A DNA stretch of 64,000 nt, from positions 138,871-202,870 of the forward strand of contig JAVZDC010000001.1 in assembly GCA_038874115.1 (NCBI GenBank), written 5' to 3'. The translations under genes and the position numbers were made by a program. This document shows positions 19,160-28,392 of this stretch, in pieces. The notes below the pieces were generated by a model. That model had not been told where the DNA came from, did no database searches, and was given only the letters and a program-made list of their open reading frames with translations. The DNA is from an archaeon (GTDB taxonomy: Archaea > B1Sed10-29 > JAVZDC01). Position 1 is the stretch's first letter, and every line of letters starts with the position of its first letter.

Positions 19160-20767
19160 ATGGGGAAAGACTTTTGCTTGAAGAAAACACGGAAAGAAAT
19201 CTATGAGAAATTAAGAAAATACAAACCGGAAATTAATGAAAAAGAAATTTTATTTGATACGCAGTATGGAGATTTTAGTGTGAGGTTAAAAACTGAAGAA
19301 AAAATATCGCTTGATGAAAATTTTGAAAAAGTAGAAAAAGTTGGGGATTATGTTAATTTTTTCTTGAAAAAGAAGGAATTTGCAAAGTGCGTGCTTGATG
19401 AATCTTTAAATGAAAACTTTGGGGAAATGGATGTTGGGATGGGAAAAACAGTAATTATTGATTTTTCGTCTCCAAATATTGCAAGACCTTTACATGCCGG
19501 ACATCTTTCATCAACTATAATTGGGGAGTTTTTAGCAAGGCTGCACGAATTTTGCGGGTTTAAAGTAATAAGATGGAATTATCTTGGAGATTGGGGTACA
19601 ACTCAAGGAAAAATAATTTATGAGTTTAAAAAGTACGGTGATTTAAAAAGATTAGAAAAAGAAAGGTCCAAGTATTTATTGGAACTTTATAGAAAGTTTG
19701 AAGAAGAAAAAACGCCTGAGATTGAAGAAAAAGCAAGACAAGAATTTGCTTCTTTGGAACGTGGGGACTTAGAAAATAAGAAAATGTGGAATCTTTTTAG
19801 ACAGAAAACGATAGAGGATTTAGAAAAAGTTTATGAAAGGTTGGGGGTAAAATTCGATATTTTTGAAGGGGAATCGTCTGTTGCGGAAAAAGCGAAAGAA
19901 ATCATTAGCGAAGCATTAAGTAAAAAGAAAGCCGTTTTAGAAGAAGATAATTCAGTAATAATCCCTTTGGAAGAATATGGACTAACGAATGCTCTTTTAA
20001 GGAAAAAAGACGAGTCCACACTCTATTTATCCCGAGAGATTGCGATGGTTAAAGAAAGGTTTGAAAAATATAATTGTGATGAAATACTGTATGTCGTTGG
20101 AAAAGAACAAAAAATGCATTTTGAGCAACTTAAAAAATGTTTGGAAGTTTTGGGTTACAATTTTTGGGAAAAAATAAAACATATTGATTTTGGTCATTTG
20201 AGATTACAAGGGAAAAAAATGAGTGCTAGGGAAGGGGAACTGGTGTTTGTAGAGGACATTTTGGATGAAGCAAAAAGCAAATGTGAAAAGATTGGAAAAA
20301 ATGCTGAGCTTGTTGGTCTGGGGGCCGTAAAGTTCGCGATTCTAAGCCAAAGTAGAAAAAAGGATATTGACTTTTCTTGGGAAAAAATGACTTCTTTGAG
20401 TGGGGACAGCGGACCTTATTTACAGTATGCGCTGGTAAGGTGTAAGTCGATATTAAAAAAAATATCTCTAGAAGATATAAAAGGGGATATAGAAATTCCA
20501 AATGAGATTGAATTTAAAGTAATAAAACAAATTGCCAAATTCCCAGAGGTTATAGAAAATTCTTTGAAAAATTACGATTCCTCTGAATTATCTCAATACC
20601 TTTTAAAAATTGTTCATGATTTTTCAAAATTTTATGAAACTTGTTCAGTGCTTGGGGCAGAAACGCAAAAAATAAAAAGTTTGAGAGTAAAAATAGTATT
20701 ATCTGTGCACAACATACTTACAAAAGGATTGTTTTTACTTGGTATCCCTATTTTAGAAGAAATGTGA
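19160..20767 (+). CDS. argS: Arginyl-tRNA synthetase
   Basis: DFSSPN..RPLHAGH, YLGDWG, KMSAR, GPYLQYA. Confidence 0.96.
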   Translation: MGKDFCLKKTRKEIYEKLRKYKPEINEKEILFDTQYGDFSVRLKTEEKISLDENFEKVEKVGDYVNFFLKKKEFAKCVLDESLNENFGEMDVGMGKTVIIDFSSPNIARPLHAGHLSSTIIGEFLARLHEFCGFKVIRWNYLGDWGTTQGKIIYEFKKYGDLKRLEKERSKYLLELYRKFEEEKTPEIEEKARQEFASLERGDLENKKMWNLFRQKTIEDLEKVYERLGVKFDIFEGESSVAEKAKEIISEALSKKKAVLEEDNSVIIPLEEYGLTNALLRKKDESTLYLSREIAMVKERFEKYNCDEILYVVGKEQKMHFEQLKKCLEVLGYNFWEKIKHIDFGHLRLQGKKMSAREGELVFVEDILDEAKSKCEKIGKNAELVGLGAVKFAILSQSRKKDIDFSWEKMTSLSGDSGPYLQYALVRCKSILKKISLEDIKGDIEIPNEIEFKVIKQIAKFPEVIENSLKNYDSSELSQYLLKIVHDFSKFYETCSVLGAETQKIKSLRVKIVLSVHNILTKGLFLLGIPILEEM

Positions 20768-20773
20768 AAAAAT

Positions 20774-20968
20774 ATGGATGCAAAACAAAATTTTTTAATA
20801 TCAAAAATTCAAAGCTTGGTTGATGAAGAATTTGACAAAGGAAAGTTTAAGCCTTCAGAAAAAGAAAAAATAGTTAAATTGGCAAAAGAAATGGTAATCT
20901 CACAGAAAATAAAAAGATTTGAAGATTTGAGGAGTTTTATACACTCGTGTTTTGAAAAATTAACTTAA
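20774..20968 (+). CDS. Small hypothetical protein
   Basis: Exactly fills the gap between argS and tRNA-Arg; host-like composition. Confidence 0.6.
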   Translation: MDAKQNFLISKIQSLVDEEFDKGKFKPSEKEKIVKLAKEMVISQKIKRFEDLRSFIHSCFEKLT

Positions 20969-20973
20969 ACTAT

Positions 20974-21048
20974 GGGCCTGTGGCCTAGTTTGGATAAGGC
21001 AGCAGCCTTCTAAGCTGCGGATCGTGGGTTCAAATCCCACCAGGCCCG
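20974..21048 (+). tRNA. tRNA-Arg(UCU)
   Basis: GGGCCTG/CAGGCCC acceptor stem; GCAGC-CTTCTAA-GCTGC anticodon arm; GTTCAAATC T-loop. Confidence 0.96.
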
Positions 21049-21054
21049 TACTAA

Positions 21055-21127
21055 GCTCCCGTCGTCTAGTGGCCAAGGATACGAGACTCTCACTCTCGTG
21101 ACCGGGGTTCAAATCCCCGCGGGAGCA
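21055..21127 (+). tRNA. tRNA-Glu(CUC)
   Basis: GCTCCCG/CGGGAGC stem; CGAGA-CTCTCAC-TCTCG. Confidence 0.96.
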
Positions 21128-21144
21128 TTAAAAAAGGTGGTACT

Positions 21145-21591
21145 TTGAAAAAAGTAGACGATTTAGACATTCAAATCTTAAAAATATTAAGAAGAAATTG
21201 CAAACTTTCTTATAGGCAAATTGCAAAAGAACTAAATATAGCTACGAATACGGTTAAAAAAAGAATTGAGAGATTAGAGGATGAAGGAATTATAAAAAGG
21301 TATTCAGCAACTATTGATTTTGGATTACTTGGTTATGGATTAACAGCTTTTGTTGGAATAAGATGTAAAAGAAGTGATGTCTCTAGAATCGCAGAACAAT
21401 TATCAAAAATACCAAATGTCTTTGGAACATATATAGTTACGGGAGAGTTCGACATAGTAGTGAGTTGTTCTTTCACTGATTTGGATGAATTAAATAAATT
21501 TATAACTACGGAATTATCAGATCCAGCAATAGAAATTACGAATACATTTATAGTTTTGCAAACAATAAAAGAAACTCATACATTCTTCTGA
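21145..21591 (+). CDS. Lrp/AsnC transcriptional regulator
   Basis: D..IL..L...SYRQIA....TV..RI..LE..GII HTH; VTGEFDI effector domain. Confidence 0.93.
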   Translation: MKKVDDLDIQILKILRRNCKLSYRQIAKELNIATNTVKKRIERLEDEGIIKRYSATIDFGLLGYGLTAFVGIRCKRSDVSRIAEQLSKIPNVFGTYIVTGEFDIVVSCSFTDLDELNKFITTELSDPAIEITNTFIVLQTIKETHTFF

Positions 21592-21600
21592 GGGATAGAA

Positions 21601-22062
21601 ATGGAGGATTTAAAAAGTGATTTTTTAATCTTCCACGCCAAAATTGGCGATTGGCAATGTGTGAAAAGAACAGATATTGATGAAAAAATGGATCCTTTTG
21701 AAATTGCTTTAAGTCTTACAAAGTTAGAAAACTCTTTAGAAAACCAAGCTTGGAAACAAATAGGGAAAAAAATAAACCTTCAAAAATTAGATGAAATAGC
21801 GGCTGAAATTACTGGAGCCAAATTTAATCAAAAAAAGAAAGCATGGGTGCTTGATGAAAAAATAACAAGTGAAAAGATTATGGAAATTTGGAGGAAATTA
21901 AAATCACCGCACGTTTTAAAAAAAATGGATAATTTAGGCAGCAAAGAAGAATATGAAATTTGCAAAACATATTTATACAAAAAAGTTTTTGAAATACTGG
22001 AAATAAAAACAAAAATAGACTTAAAAGTTTTAGAAAAAATAACTCAAAAATCCCAATATTAG
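21601..22062 (+). CDS. Conserved archaeal hypothetical protein, DUF2666-like
   Basis: N-terminal F.AK..DW..VK...IDE.....EIA pattern, recalled from DUF2666. Confidence 0.55.
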   Translation: MEDLKSDFLIFHAKIGDWQCVKRTDIDEKMDPFEIALSLTKLENSLENQAWKQIGKKINLQKLDEIAAEITGAKFNQKKKAWVLDEKITSEKIMEIWRKLKSPHVLKKMDNLGSKEEYEICKTYLYKKVFEILEIKTKIDLKVLEKITQKSQY

Positions 22063-22066
22063 CTAT

Positions 22067-22141
22067 GGGGCTATAGGCTAGTCTGGTCTAGGCTTCCAGC
22101 TTTGGGAGCTGGAGACCCCAGTTCAAATCTGGGTAGCCCCA
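22067..22141 (+). tRNA. tRNA-Pro(UGG)
   Basis: GGGGCTA/TAGCCCC stem; CCAGC-TTTGGGA-GCTGG. Confidence 0.96.
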
Positions 22142-22143
22142 TT

Positions 22144-22226
22144 GCAGGGGTAGCCAAGTGGAAAAGGCGCAGGACTTAAGATCCTGTGGGTTAGTCCCTT
22201 CGTGGGTTCAAATCCCACCCCCTGCA
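22144..22226 (+). tRNA. tRNA-Leu(UAA)
   Basis: GCAGGGG/CCCCTGC stem; CAGGA-CTTAAGA-TCCTG; long variable arm. Confidence 0.96.
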
Positions 22227-22327
22227 CCTCTTTTTGCATTTTGCTCGTAAAAATAAGTAGAAAACGATAATCTTTTAAAGATAGAAAAAGTTATATAGTT
22301 TAAAGTTTACCTGGAGAGGAGATTTGA

Positions 22328-23881
22328 ATGAAAAAATATTTTGTTTTAATTTTGACTTTGGTCTTTTTTTCTTTTAGTTTTACGAATGCAAATGCGTATA
22401 CAATTTTAAACGGGGGAATTTGTGAATGTAATTCTTGTACCGATTGTACCGCTGCATTAAACGATAGCGAAAACTGTACTTTAGAAGTAAAATTAGTGGA
22501 AAACATAACAAATTATTCTTCTGATTGCATAAATACAGGCTCAATCTATAACAAAACATTCAATTGCAATGGAAATTTCATAGAAGGAGACAATTCATCT
22601 GATTTTTGGGCTATTAGTTTGTCTGGGACGAACATGACAATAAAAAATTGTAATATAAAACATTTTGGTGTGGGAATATTTATAGGGGACATAAGCCCGG
22701 GTTATTATTCAAACTTAATAACTATTGAAAATAATACAATTTCTGAAAATTACATCGGGATTTGGTTCTTGGGAGTAGGACAAAGCATAATTCGAAATAA
22801 TATCATTTCTGCAAATCTAGAGGATGGTATTCATCTTGCTGTTTCTTGCACTCCTAGCGTTGAATTGCCGCATTCTTATAACACTGAGAACATCCAAATT
22901 TTAAATAACACAATAATTTCAAACCAAAGAGGGTTGAACGCTGAAGGAACTCAAAATAGCATCTTTGTGGATAACATTATTGGAAACAATACTGAATTGG
23001 ATCTACAAGTAAAAGGAGGATATTTTTATTACGGTGATGGAGGACCAAGTTGTACGGCTATCTTCGATGCTTTGAACAACACTTTATCATCCATTAATAT
23101 CTATGATCCAGAACTATCTAGAAAAATTGAATTCTCTGAATACGCAGCCAATATATCCTGGAACGAATCTCTTGAAATCAACGGAGTTTCAAATGCAAAT
23201 ATCCCTCAGGACCCAACAGGATACACAAACATAAGCAAATATTTGAACATAAGCTCAAGCACCGGATGGATATTCTTGAATATCTCTTACAATGAATCAG
23301 AATTAGGTAATATTCCTGAATCAAATCTTTTACTATGGAAACATAACGGAACTGAATGGTTTAATTGCTCCCAGTTTGCATCTTCCTGTGGAGTAGATAC
23401 AAACAATAACATAGTTTACGCAAACATAACTAATTTTGGAAGCATATTTACAATCCTTGGTGGAGAAGTAGATACAACTCCACCACACATAATTTCTGGG
23501 CCTACTGTGAATACAAGTACGAATTCAGCAAATATTTCTTGGGTAACTGATGAATTAGCGAACTATACTTTAGTGTACTCTGATGGATCAAATTCATGGA
23601 CTGTAAGCAACTCATCTTTTAATTACTCTCACTTTGTAATTTTAGAAAACTTAGGCGCGAATACAACATACTACTATAATATAACTATCTGGGATCAAAC
23701 AGGAAATAATTTTACGTACACGGATTACAACTTTACGACTCAAGAAATAAATATTTCGGGTGGCGAAGGGACTGTAGAAGTTACAATAACCGCAGCGCCT
23801 GAAGATGATTTGGAGTTCGCACTCACAGTCATAACATCATTTTTACTTTTATTATTTCTATTTCAGAATAAAAAACAATGA
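22328..23881 (+). CDS. Secreted parallel beta-helix (NosD/CASH) and FN3 surface glycoprotein
   Basis: Signal peptide, Cys-rich cap, I.NN.I..N..GI repeats, DTTPP-FN3 (L..NTTYYY), C-terminal TM, many N-x-S/T sequons. Confidence 0.8.
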   Translation: MKKYFVLILTLVFFSFSFTNANAYTILNGGICECNSCTDCTAALNDSENCTLEVKLVENITNYSSDCINTGSIYNKTFNCNGNFIEGDNSSDFWAISLSGTNMTIKNCNIKHFGVGIFIGDISPGYYSNLITIENNTISENYIGIWFLGVGQSIIRNNIISANLEDGIHLAVSCTPSVELPHSYNTENIQILNNTIISNQRGLNAEGTQNSIFVDNIIGNNTELDLQVKGGYFYYGDGGPSCTAIFDALNNTLSSINIYDPELSRKIEFSEYAANISWNESLEINGVSNANIPQDPTGYTNISKYLNISSSTGWIFLNISYNESELGNIPESNLLLWKHNGTEWFNCSQFASSCGVDTNNNIVYANITNFGSIFTILGGEVDTTPPHIISGPTVNTSTNSANISWVTDELANYTLVYSDGSNSWTVSNSSFNYSHFVILENLGANTTYYYNITIWDQTGNNFTYTDYNFTTQEINISGGEGTVEVTITAAPEDDLEFALTVITSFLLLLFLFQNKKQ

Positions 23882-23941
23882 AAAATAAAACTTCCAAAAC
23901 TTTTTTATTATTCAATTTCTTATATTTTAATCTGAGATAAC

Positions 23942-24535
23942 ATGTTCATAGTATTTGAAGGATTAGACGGGTCTGGACAAAGTACCCAAGCAGAATTACT
24001 TTACGAATACCTGACCTCAAGAGGAAAAAAAGTTCTTTTAACTAAAGAACCAACAAACACAATATTTGGGGGGATAGCGAAATCTTGTTTGAAAAAAGAA
24101 TTAAACTTGTCTCCAATGACTCTACAACTTCTTTTTGCAACTGATCGATCCCATCACTTAGAAAAAGAAATACTTCCAGCTCTAGAAACTGGGAAAATAG
24201 TAATATCAGACAGATATTTTTTCTCCTCTATTGCCTACGGAAGTTTAGACGTAGAGATGGATTTTTTGATGAAAATAAATTCAAAGTTCAAAGTTCCTGA
24301 CTTGATCTTTTTCTTAGACGTTCCGCCAAAAATCTGTATTAAAAGAATAAGTAATTCCAGGAATGGTTTCGAATTGTTTGAAGAAGAAAAAAAACTAGAA
24401 AAGGTTAGGGAAAATTATTTAAAAATTTGGAGCAAATTTAAAAACGTTTTTAAGATCGATGGAACCAAGGAAAAAGAAAAAGTTTTTGAAGAAATAAGAG
24501 AAATTATAGATAAGAAAGTATTTAAGGAAAAATGA
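23942..24535 (+). CDS. tmk: Thymidylate kinase
   Basis: FEGLDGSGQSTQ, KEP, ISDRY..SS.AYG. Confidence 0.92.
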   Translation: MFIVFEGLDGSGQSTQAELLYEYLTSRGKKVLLTKEPTNTIFGGIAKSCLKKELNLSPMTLQLLFATDRSHHLEKEILPALETGKIVISDRYFFSSIAYGSLDVEMDFLMKINSKFKVPDLIFFLDVPPKICIKRISNSRNGFELFEEEKKLEKVRENYLKIWSKFKNVFKIDGTKEKEKVFEEIREIIDKKVFKEK

Positions 24536-24544
24536 TCGCCTAAA

Positions 24545-24618
24545 GCCTCGGTAGCTCAGATGGTTAGAGCGCTTGCTTGGTAAGCAAGAGGTCGCGAGTT
24601 CGAATCTCGCCCGAGGCT
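24545..24618 (+). tRNA. tRNA-Thr(GGU)
   Basis: GCCTCGG/CCGAGGC stem; CTTGC-TTGGTAA-GCAAG. Confidence 0.96.
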
Positions 24619-25164
24619 TTACTCCTTGAAAGGTATTAACCTGTCTAAATTTTCTTTTTTTCCATAAATTCCTTTTAAGTCGTATGGTTCTTCTGCCGGG
24701 TTGCGCAACTCGAAGAAAATCAACTCTGCGAAAGGTAAACCAGGAGTTAAGTAAAGCTCAAAAGGTCCATCATTTTTAACTTCCAACACAATCTTTCTTG
24801 GAGTCGGTACTCCATGACCTGGATGAACCAACGTAGCAGTTTGATGAACAGAAACTCCAAGTCTGGAGAGAGTAGATTTTCCATTAACGAATGCTCCTAT
24901 TTTTTGAGAAATTGCAACTTTTTCCAAAGTTCTAACCAAAACAAAGGAACCTGGTTTTAAAACAAATTTATCAAGTTCTTTTTCTTCAAAAAACTTAGAG
25001 AAGTCTTTGATTTTCTGAAGATCGATCTTTCCTTTTTTTGGAAGCCCAAACAAAGAATCCAAATGAACAAGATAAGATGCAGGAAGTAAATTTTTTTTAT
25101 CAAAAGGCGAAATAAATATATTTTTTGTTTGAATCTCTGCAAGAATATCTCGATCAGACAACAT
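24619..25164 (-). CDS. dcd: dCTP deaminase
   Basis: MLSDRDI, PASY, GKSTLSRLG, IVLE.KN, .LIFFEL..PA..PY. Confidence 0.85.
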   Translation of the reverse strand: MLSDRDILAEIQTKNIFISPFDKKNLLPASYLVHLDSLFGLPKKGKIDLQKIKDFSKFFEEKELDKFVLKPGSFVLVRTLEKVAISQKIGAFVNGKSTLSRLGVSVHQTATLVHPGHGVPTPRKIVLEVKNDGPFELYLTPGLPFAELIFFELRNPAEEPYDLKGIYGKKENLDRLIPFKE

Positions 25165-25297
25165 AAAAATAAAAAAATTAAAGAAGTATTTTAATGTTTC
25201 TGTAAGAATTAAAAATCAAAAAAATAAAAAAGAGTGAGATTGGAGTCGTATTTATTATATTTGATTAAAAAATATATAAAATTTACTGTTTTGGAAG

Positions 25298-25369
25298 TGG
25301 ACCCGGCGGGATTTGAACCCGCGCCCTCCCGCTTGCAAAGCGGGCGATCTTCCGCTGATCTACAGGCCC
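25298..25369 (-). tRNA. tRNA-Ala(UGC)
   Basis: Reverse complement GGGCCTG...CGGGTCCA with G3:U70; CCCGC-TTTGCAA-GCGGG. Confidence 0.96.
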
Positions 25370-25398
25370 TTTAGATAATAAAACTTTGAAATTTGTAT

Positions 25399-26049
25399 TT
25401 AAGCGTTTTGGATCATGTGAATTTTTTCAAAAACTTCGTCCAAGTCCACTTGGGTATTCATGCATCCTGCTCTAGTGAGAGGTACCCCTTGAGCAGGGAT
25501 AGAAAAGTCCATACACAACTCCAAACCTTGTTTTACCTCGGGGATACACGCTACTCCTAAAATTGCTTTTGGCTTTTCTTTTAAAATTATTCTTTTTATG
25601 AAAGATGATCCAGGCACAATAAATACTTTATACCCTAAATCTTCTGCCTCTTTTTTAATTTTATTTGCTAAACAAGATACATTACAAGAAATACATTCTA
25701 TTCCTTTTTCAGGTGACAGTTTTGCTATGCATTTTGAGTCCCTTAAACACTGTGGTAAAAAAAGTATTCGGTTTTGGTATGGTGTTTTTAAATACGACTG
25801 TTCAAAAATCTTGTTAGCTAAAAAAATTTCAAAAATATCTATTTCTCTTCCAGAAATATTGAAAAACTTTAGGAAGAATTTTATCGGAGTTTCTAAAGTC
25901 AAAAGAATAAAAATTAACAACTTTGCATGTTTTGTTCCTTTTTTAATTGCATAAGCAGTCCAAATCGAAACAATAAGTAAAAATAATATAACCGCGACCA
26001 AAATTCCAGCAAAAACTATTCCAAGAATTTCAAAAACATTCATTAGCAA
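25399..26049 (-). CDS. DUF116 family membrane-anchored Cys-rich protein
   Basis: LPQCLR...C...C..C...C, IVPGSS, GVAC, GC.NT.VD. Confidence 0.88.
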   Translation of the reverse strand: MLMNVFEILGIVFAGILVAVILFLLIVSIWTAYAIKKGTKHAKLLIFILLTLETPIKFFLKFFNISGREIDIFEIFLANKIFEQSYLKTPYQNRILFLPQCLRDSKCIAKLSPEKGIECISCNVSCLANKIKKEAEDLGYKVFIVPGSSFIKRIILKEKPKAILGVACIPEVKQGLELCMDFSIPAQGVPLTRAGCMNTQVDLDEVFEKIHMIQNA

Positions 26050-26414
26050 GTCACATGAATTAAAGCTATTGTTTTTTTATGTGGCGCTATTTCATTATAA
26101 ACTTTTATGGCTTTTGGAGTTTCATATTGAAGTACCTCAATTTTTTTCTTAGCTAAAAGTTCTATTGCATCATCTGTCAATTTAGCCACGCCAGTTTGTC
26201 CATTTCCAAAAACAAATACTTTAACTCCTTTTTCAAGATGAGGTTCTAATTCTTCAGCACATACGTAGTGAGAAGTTCCAAACTTTTTTTCAGCTAAAGA
26301 TCTATCTCGAATCTCAACATCTCCTTTTAAGTTGACCCAAATGTCGCAATCATATACTGTGTCCTTATACTTAACTTTCCCAAAAGAAGTCCAAACAAAC
26401 ATAAAATCAATCAA
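26043..26414 (-). CDS. Mth938-like (DUF498/DUF598) protein
   Basis: FG......Y..DI, GTSH, G.GQ.G, T..AI..YN, C-terminal HVTC. Confidence 0.88.
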   Translation of the reverse strand: MIDFMFVWTSFGKVKYKDTVYDCDIWVNLKGDVEIRDRSLAEKKFGTSHYVCAEELEPHLEKGVKVFVFGNGQTGVAKLTDDAIELLAKKKIEVLQYETPKAIKVYNEIAPHKKTIALIHVTC

Positions 26415-26719
26415 CGCATACCATGGGTGTATCTAACATAAGTGCCGTCTGGACCGCTAATGACAACTAACTCTTTATTTTTCATAATTTCCATCGGATC
26501 ATAGTCGCTTGGTTTTGCTTTTGTTGATCTTCCCGGGTCCGCAATATTAATTATTTCAGCAATTTCTTCCAAAGATAACGCCATTCCAGGAAAGTGTTTA
26601 ACTACCGCAATAACTTCTGCAACTTTTGTTGGTTTTGGAGCATTTTTGATGCTTAATAAAACATTATCGTCTAATCTTTTCATAATTTCAGATCTAAGTT
26701 CTAAAACCACATTCGTCAC
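26411..26719 (-). CDS. Hypothetical protein, possible winged helix
   Basis: GTG start directly after the secG stop; LSLEEIAEIIN helix. Confidence 0.6.
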   Translation of the reverse strand: MTNVVLELRSEIMKRLDDNVLLSIKNAPKPTKVAEVIAVVKHFPGMALSLEEIAEIINIADPGRSTKAKPSDYDPMEIMKNKELVVISGPDGTYVRYTHGMR

Positions 26720-26720
26720 C

Positions 26721-26882
26721 TCAAATAAATTTAAATAAGATTTCTAAAATGATGACTACTGATGCAAGGATAATAACACTCAATGGCTTTATTTTAAGCC
26801 CTCCCCCTCCAGTTTCAAAAAACCTTAAAATACCTGCAGAACTTGCCGGAGCTGTGTAAGATTCAGATTTTATTCCTTTCAT
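26721..26882 (-). CDS. secG: Preprotein translocase subunit Sec61beta (53 aa; absent from ORF track)
   Basis: Manual translation MKGIKSESYTAPASSAGILRFFETGGGGLKIKPLSVIILASVVIILEILFKFI; SSAGILRFFE..KI.P plus TM signature. Confidence 0.92.
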   Translation of the reverse strand: MKGIKSESYTAPASSAGILRFFETGGGGLKIKPLSVIILASVVIILEILFKFI

Positions 26883-26991
26883 GTTTTTATTTATTTTTTT
26901 ACTTTTATATAAACCTTTTTATTTTAGGTGGTTTTCTAAGCATGTAACTTTTAAAGGCAAATATTTTAAATAAAGTGTATATTAAAAATAC

Positions 26992-28359
26992 ATGGGTTGG
27001 AAAGAAGATCTTCCGAAAGCAATAGTATTATGTTTACTTGTATTTGTGATGTTATACTTATTAGTGAAGTTCGGGTGGCTTGCACCTGGCGACATTCCTG
27101 GTTTTTGTGGAGTTTATTATGCGATTGAAGGACAACCAAATATAGCTATAGTTTATGGAGAAGATGGTACTGGAGATCCAGAAGCTTTAAGAAATTTAAT
27201 TGCGGAAACTACTCACAAATTTCCGACTTTGATTCCTTTGGACAATGTATATTCCAGCCAAGTTCTTGAACCGTATGCCTTAGTAATAGTAGATCGGGCG
27301 AAAAAGGTAGACACAGCAAAACTTTATGCATTTAAAGATTATGTTGTTAAAGGTAAAAAATTGGTTTGGATTGGTGATGCTGGGACGGAGTTGGGAGAAA
27401 ACGATTATATTTGTAAAAAAATAACTTGGAGATATTTGCCTGCTTTTGAAGTCCGTCTTGGAATGGAATATAAATGTAGCATGATTTCTTCTGAAGGGGA
27501 TCGAAAAAACTGTGAAGAGGGGGCGTGTGAACAAATAACTGACCCTTCGAATAAACAAATTTGTCTTCTTGCTAAACTTCAAAAAGAATCTGGAACAAGT
27601 GGGACCCAAGTAGTATGTTCACAAGAATGGTTTGAAGAAACCCCAACAGTCCCAAAAGACTTTAAGGAAAAAAATGTTGGAATTTGCGGAAGGAGTTTTG
27701 CAGAAATTGTATTGAAATTTATTGAATTTAATCAATCGATTTATGAATCGGTGAATAAGTCCCCAGTAACTTTATGCCCTACAGAAAAAGAACCTTTCAG
27801 AGTAGAGGGAGCTGAATCTATAATTGCTTGTTTAGAAACATTAAAGAAAGAGAATAAACCACCTACATTAAACAGCATAAAAGAAACTTGTGTTTATTCC
27901 TTTACTGGAACTTACCAGTACGCTTTAAATCCTTGGAATAGAGGACCATCCAAAACACCAAGCGGGATTGTAGAAGGGTTAGACTTTAGCTTTATACTTG
28001 GAATGGACTACGTTTCTGACTATTATGCTAAGAGTGCGTCTGGCATTTGGTTTGAACCTGTTGATATGAATCATCCTTTGCTTGCAGGGACAGGATACGA
28101 AGCTAAAACGCAATACGCTGGAGAAGCACACTTTGGAATCGTAAATATTGAAAGATTTTCCCACAGAAGTTCATCTGTACTTAATTTAAGAATAAGTGGC
28201 AAAGTTTATCCTGGGATCGTAGTGTCCAATCCATCTGGACCTAGTCCTTTGAAAAGAGGGAATGTGATTTATATAGCATACCCTCCAGAAGAACTGGCTG
28301 GGGAAACGAAAGCGGGAAGTAATTTATTGTATAACATAATAAAATATTCCACCTGCTAG
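26992..28359 (+). CDS. Membrane-anchored class-I GATase-like-fold protein with Cys-rich insert (paralog 1)
   Basis: N-terminal TM; L..YALVIV, YV.KGKKLVWIGDAG, HPLL, GNVIYIAYPP, LL.N.I.Y shared with the next two genes. Confidence 0.65.
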   Translation: MGWKEDLPKAIVLCLLVFVMLYLLVKFGWLAPGDIPGFCGVYYAIEGQPNIAIVYGEDGTGDPEALRNLIAETTHKFPTLIPLDNVYSSQVLEPYALVIVDRAKKVDTAKLYAFKDYVVKGKKLVWIGDAGTELGENDYICKKITWRYLPAFEVRLGMEYKCSMISSEGDRKNCEEGACEQITDPSNKQICLLAKLQKESGTSGTQVVCSQEWFEETPTVPKDFKEKNVGICGRSFAEIVLKFIEFNQSIYESVNKSPVTLCPTEKEPFRVEGAESIIACLETLKKENKPPTLNSIKETCVYSFTGTYQYALNPWNRGPSKTPSGIVEGLDFSFILGMDYVSDYYAKSASGIWFEPVDMNHPLLAGTGYEAKTQYAGEAHFGIVNIERFSHRSSSVLNLRISGKVYPGIVVSNPSGPSPLKRGNVIYIAYPPEELAGETKAGSNLLYNIIKYSTC

Positions 28360-28392
28360 AAAAAAATTTAAATATATAAAACAAATTAAAAA

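Noticed and set aside
22144..25369. Integrated element bounded by tRNA genes
   Set aside because: No integrase, no duplicated tRNA 3' end seen, and tmk and dcd are housekeeping-type genes
20974..25369. Split, permuted, intron-containing or leaderless tRNAs
   Set aside because: All six fold as contiguous cloverleaves, and RNase P proteins are encoded in the window
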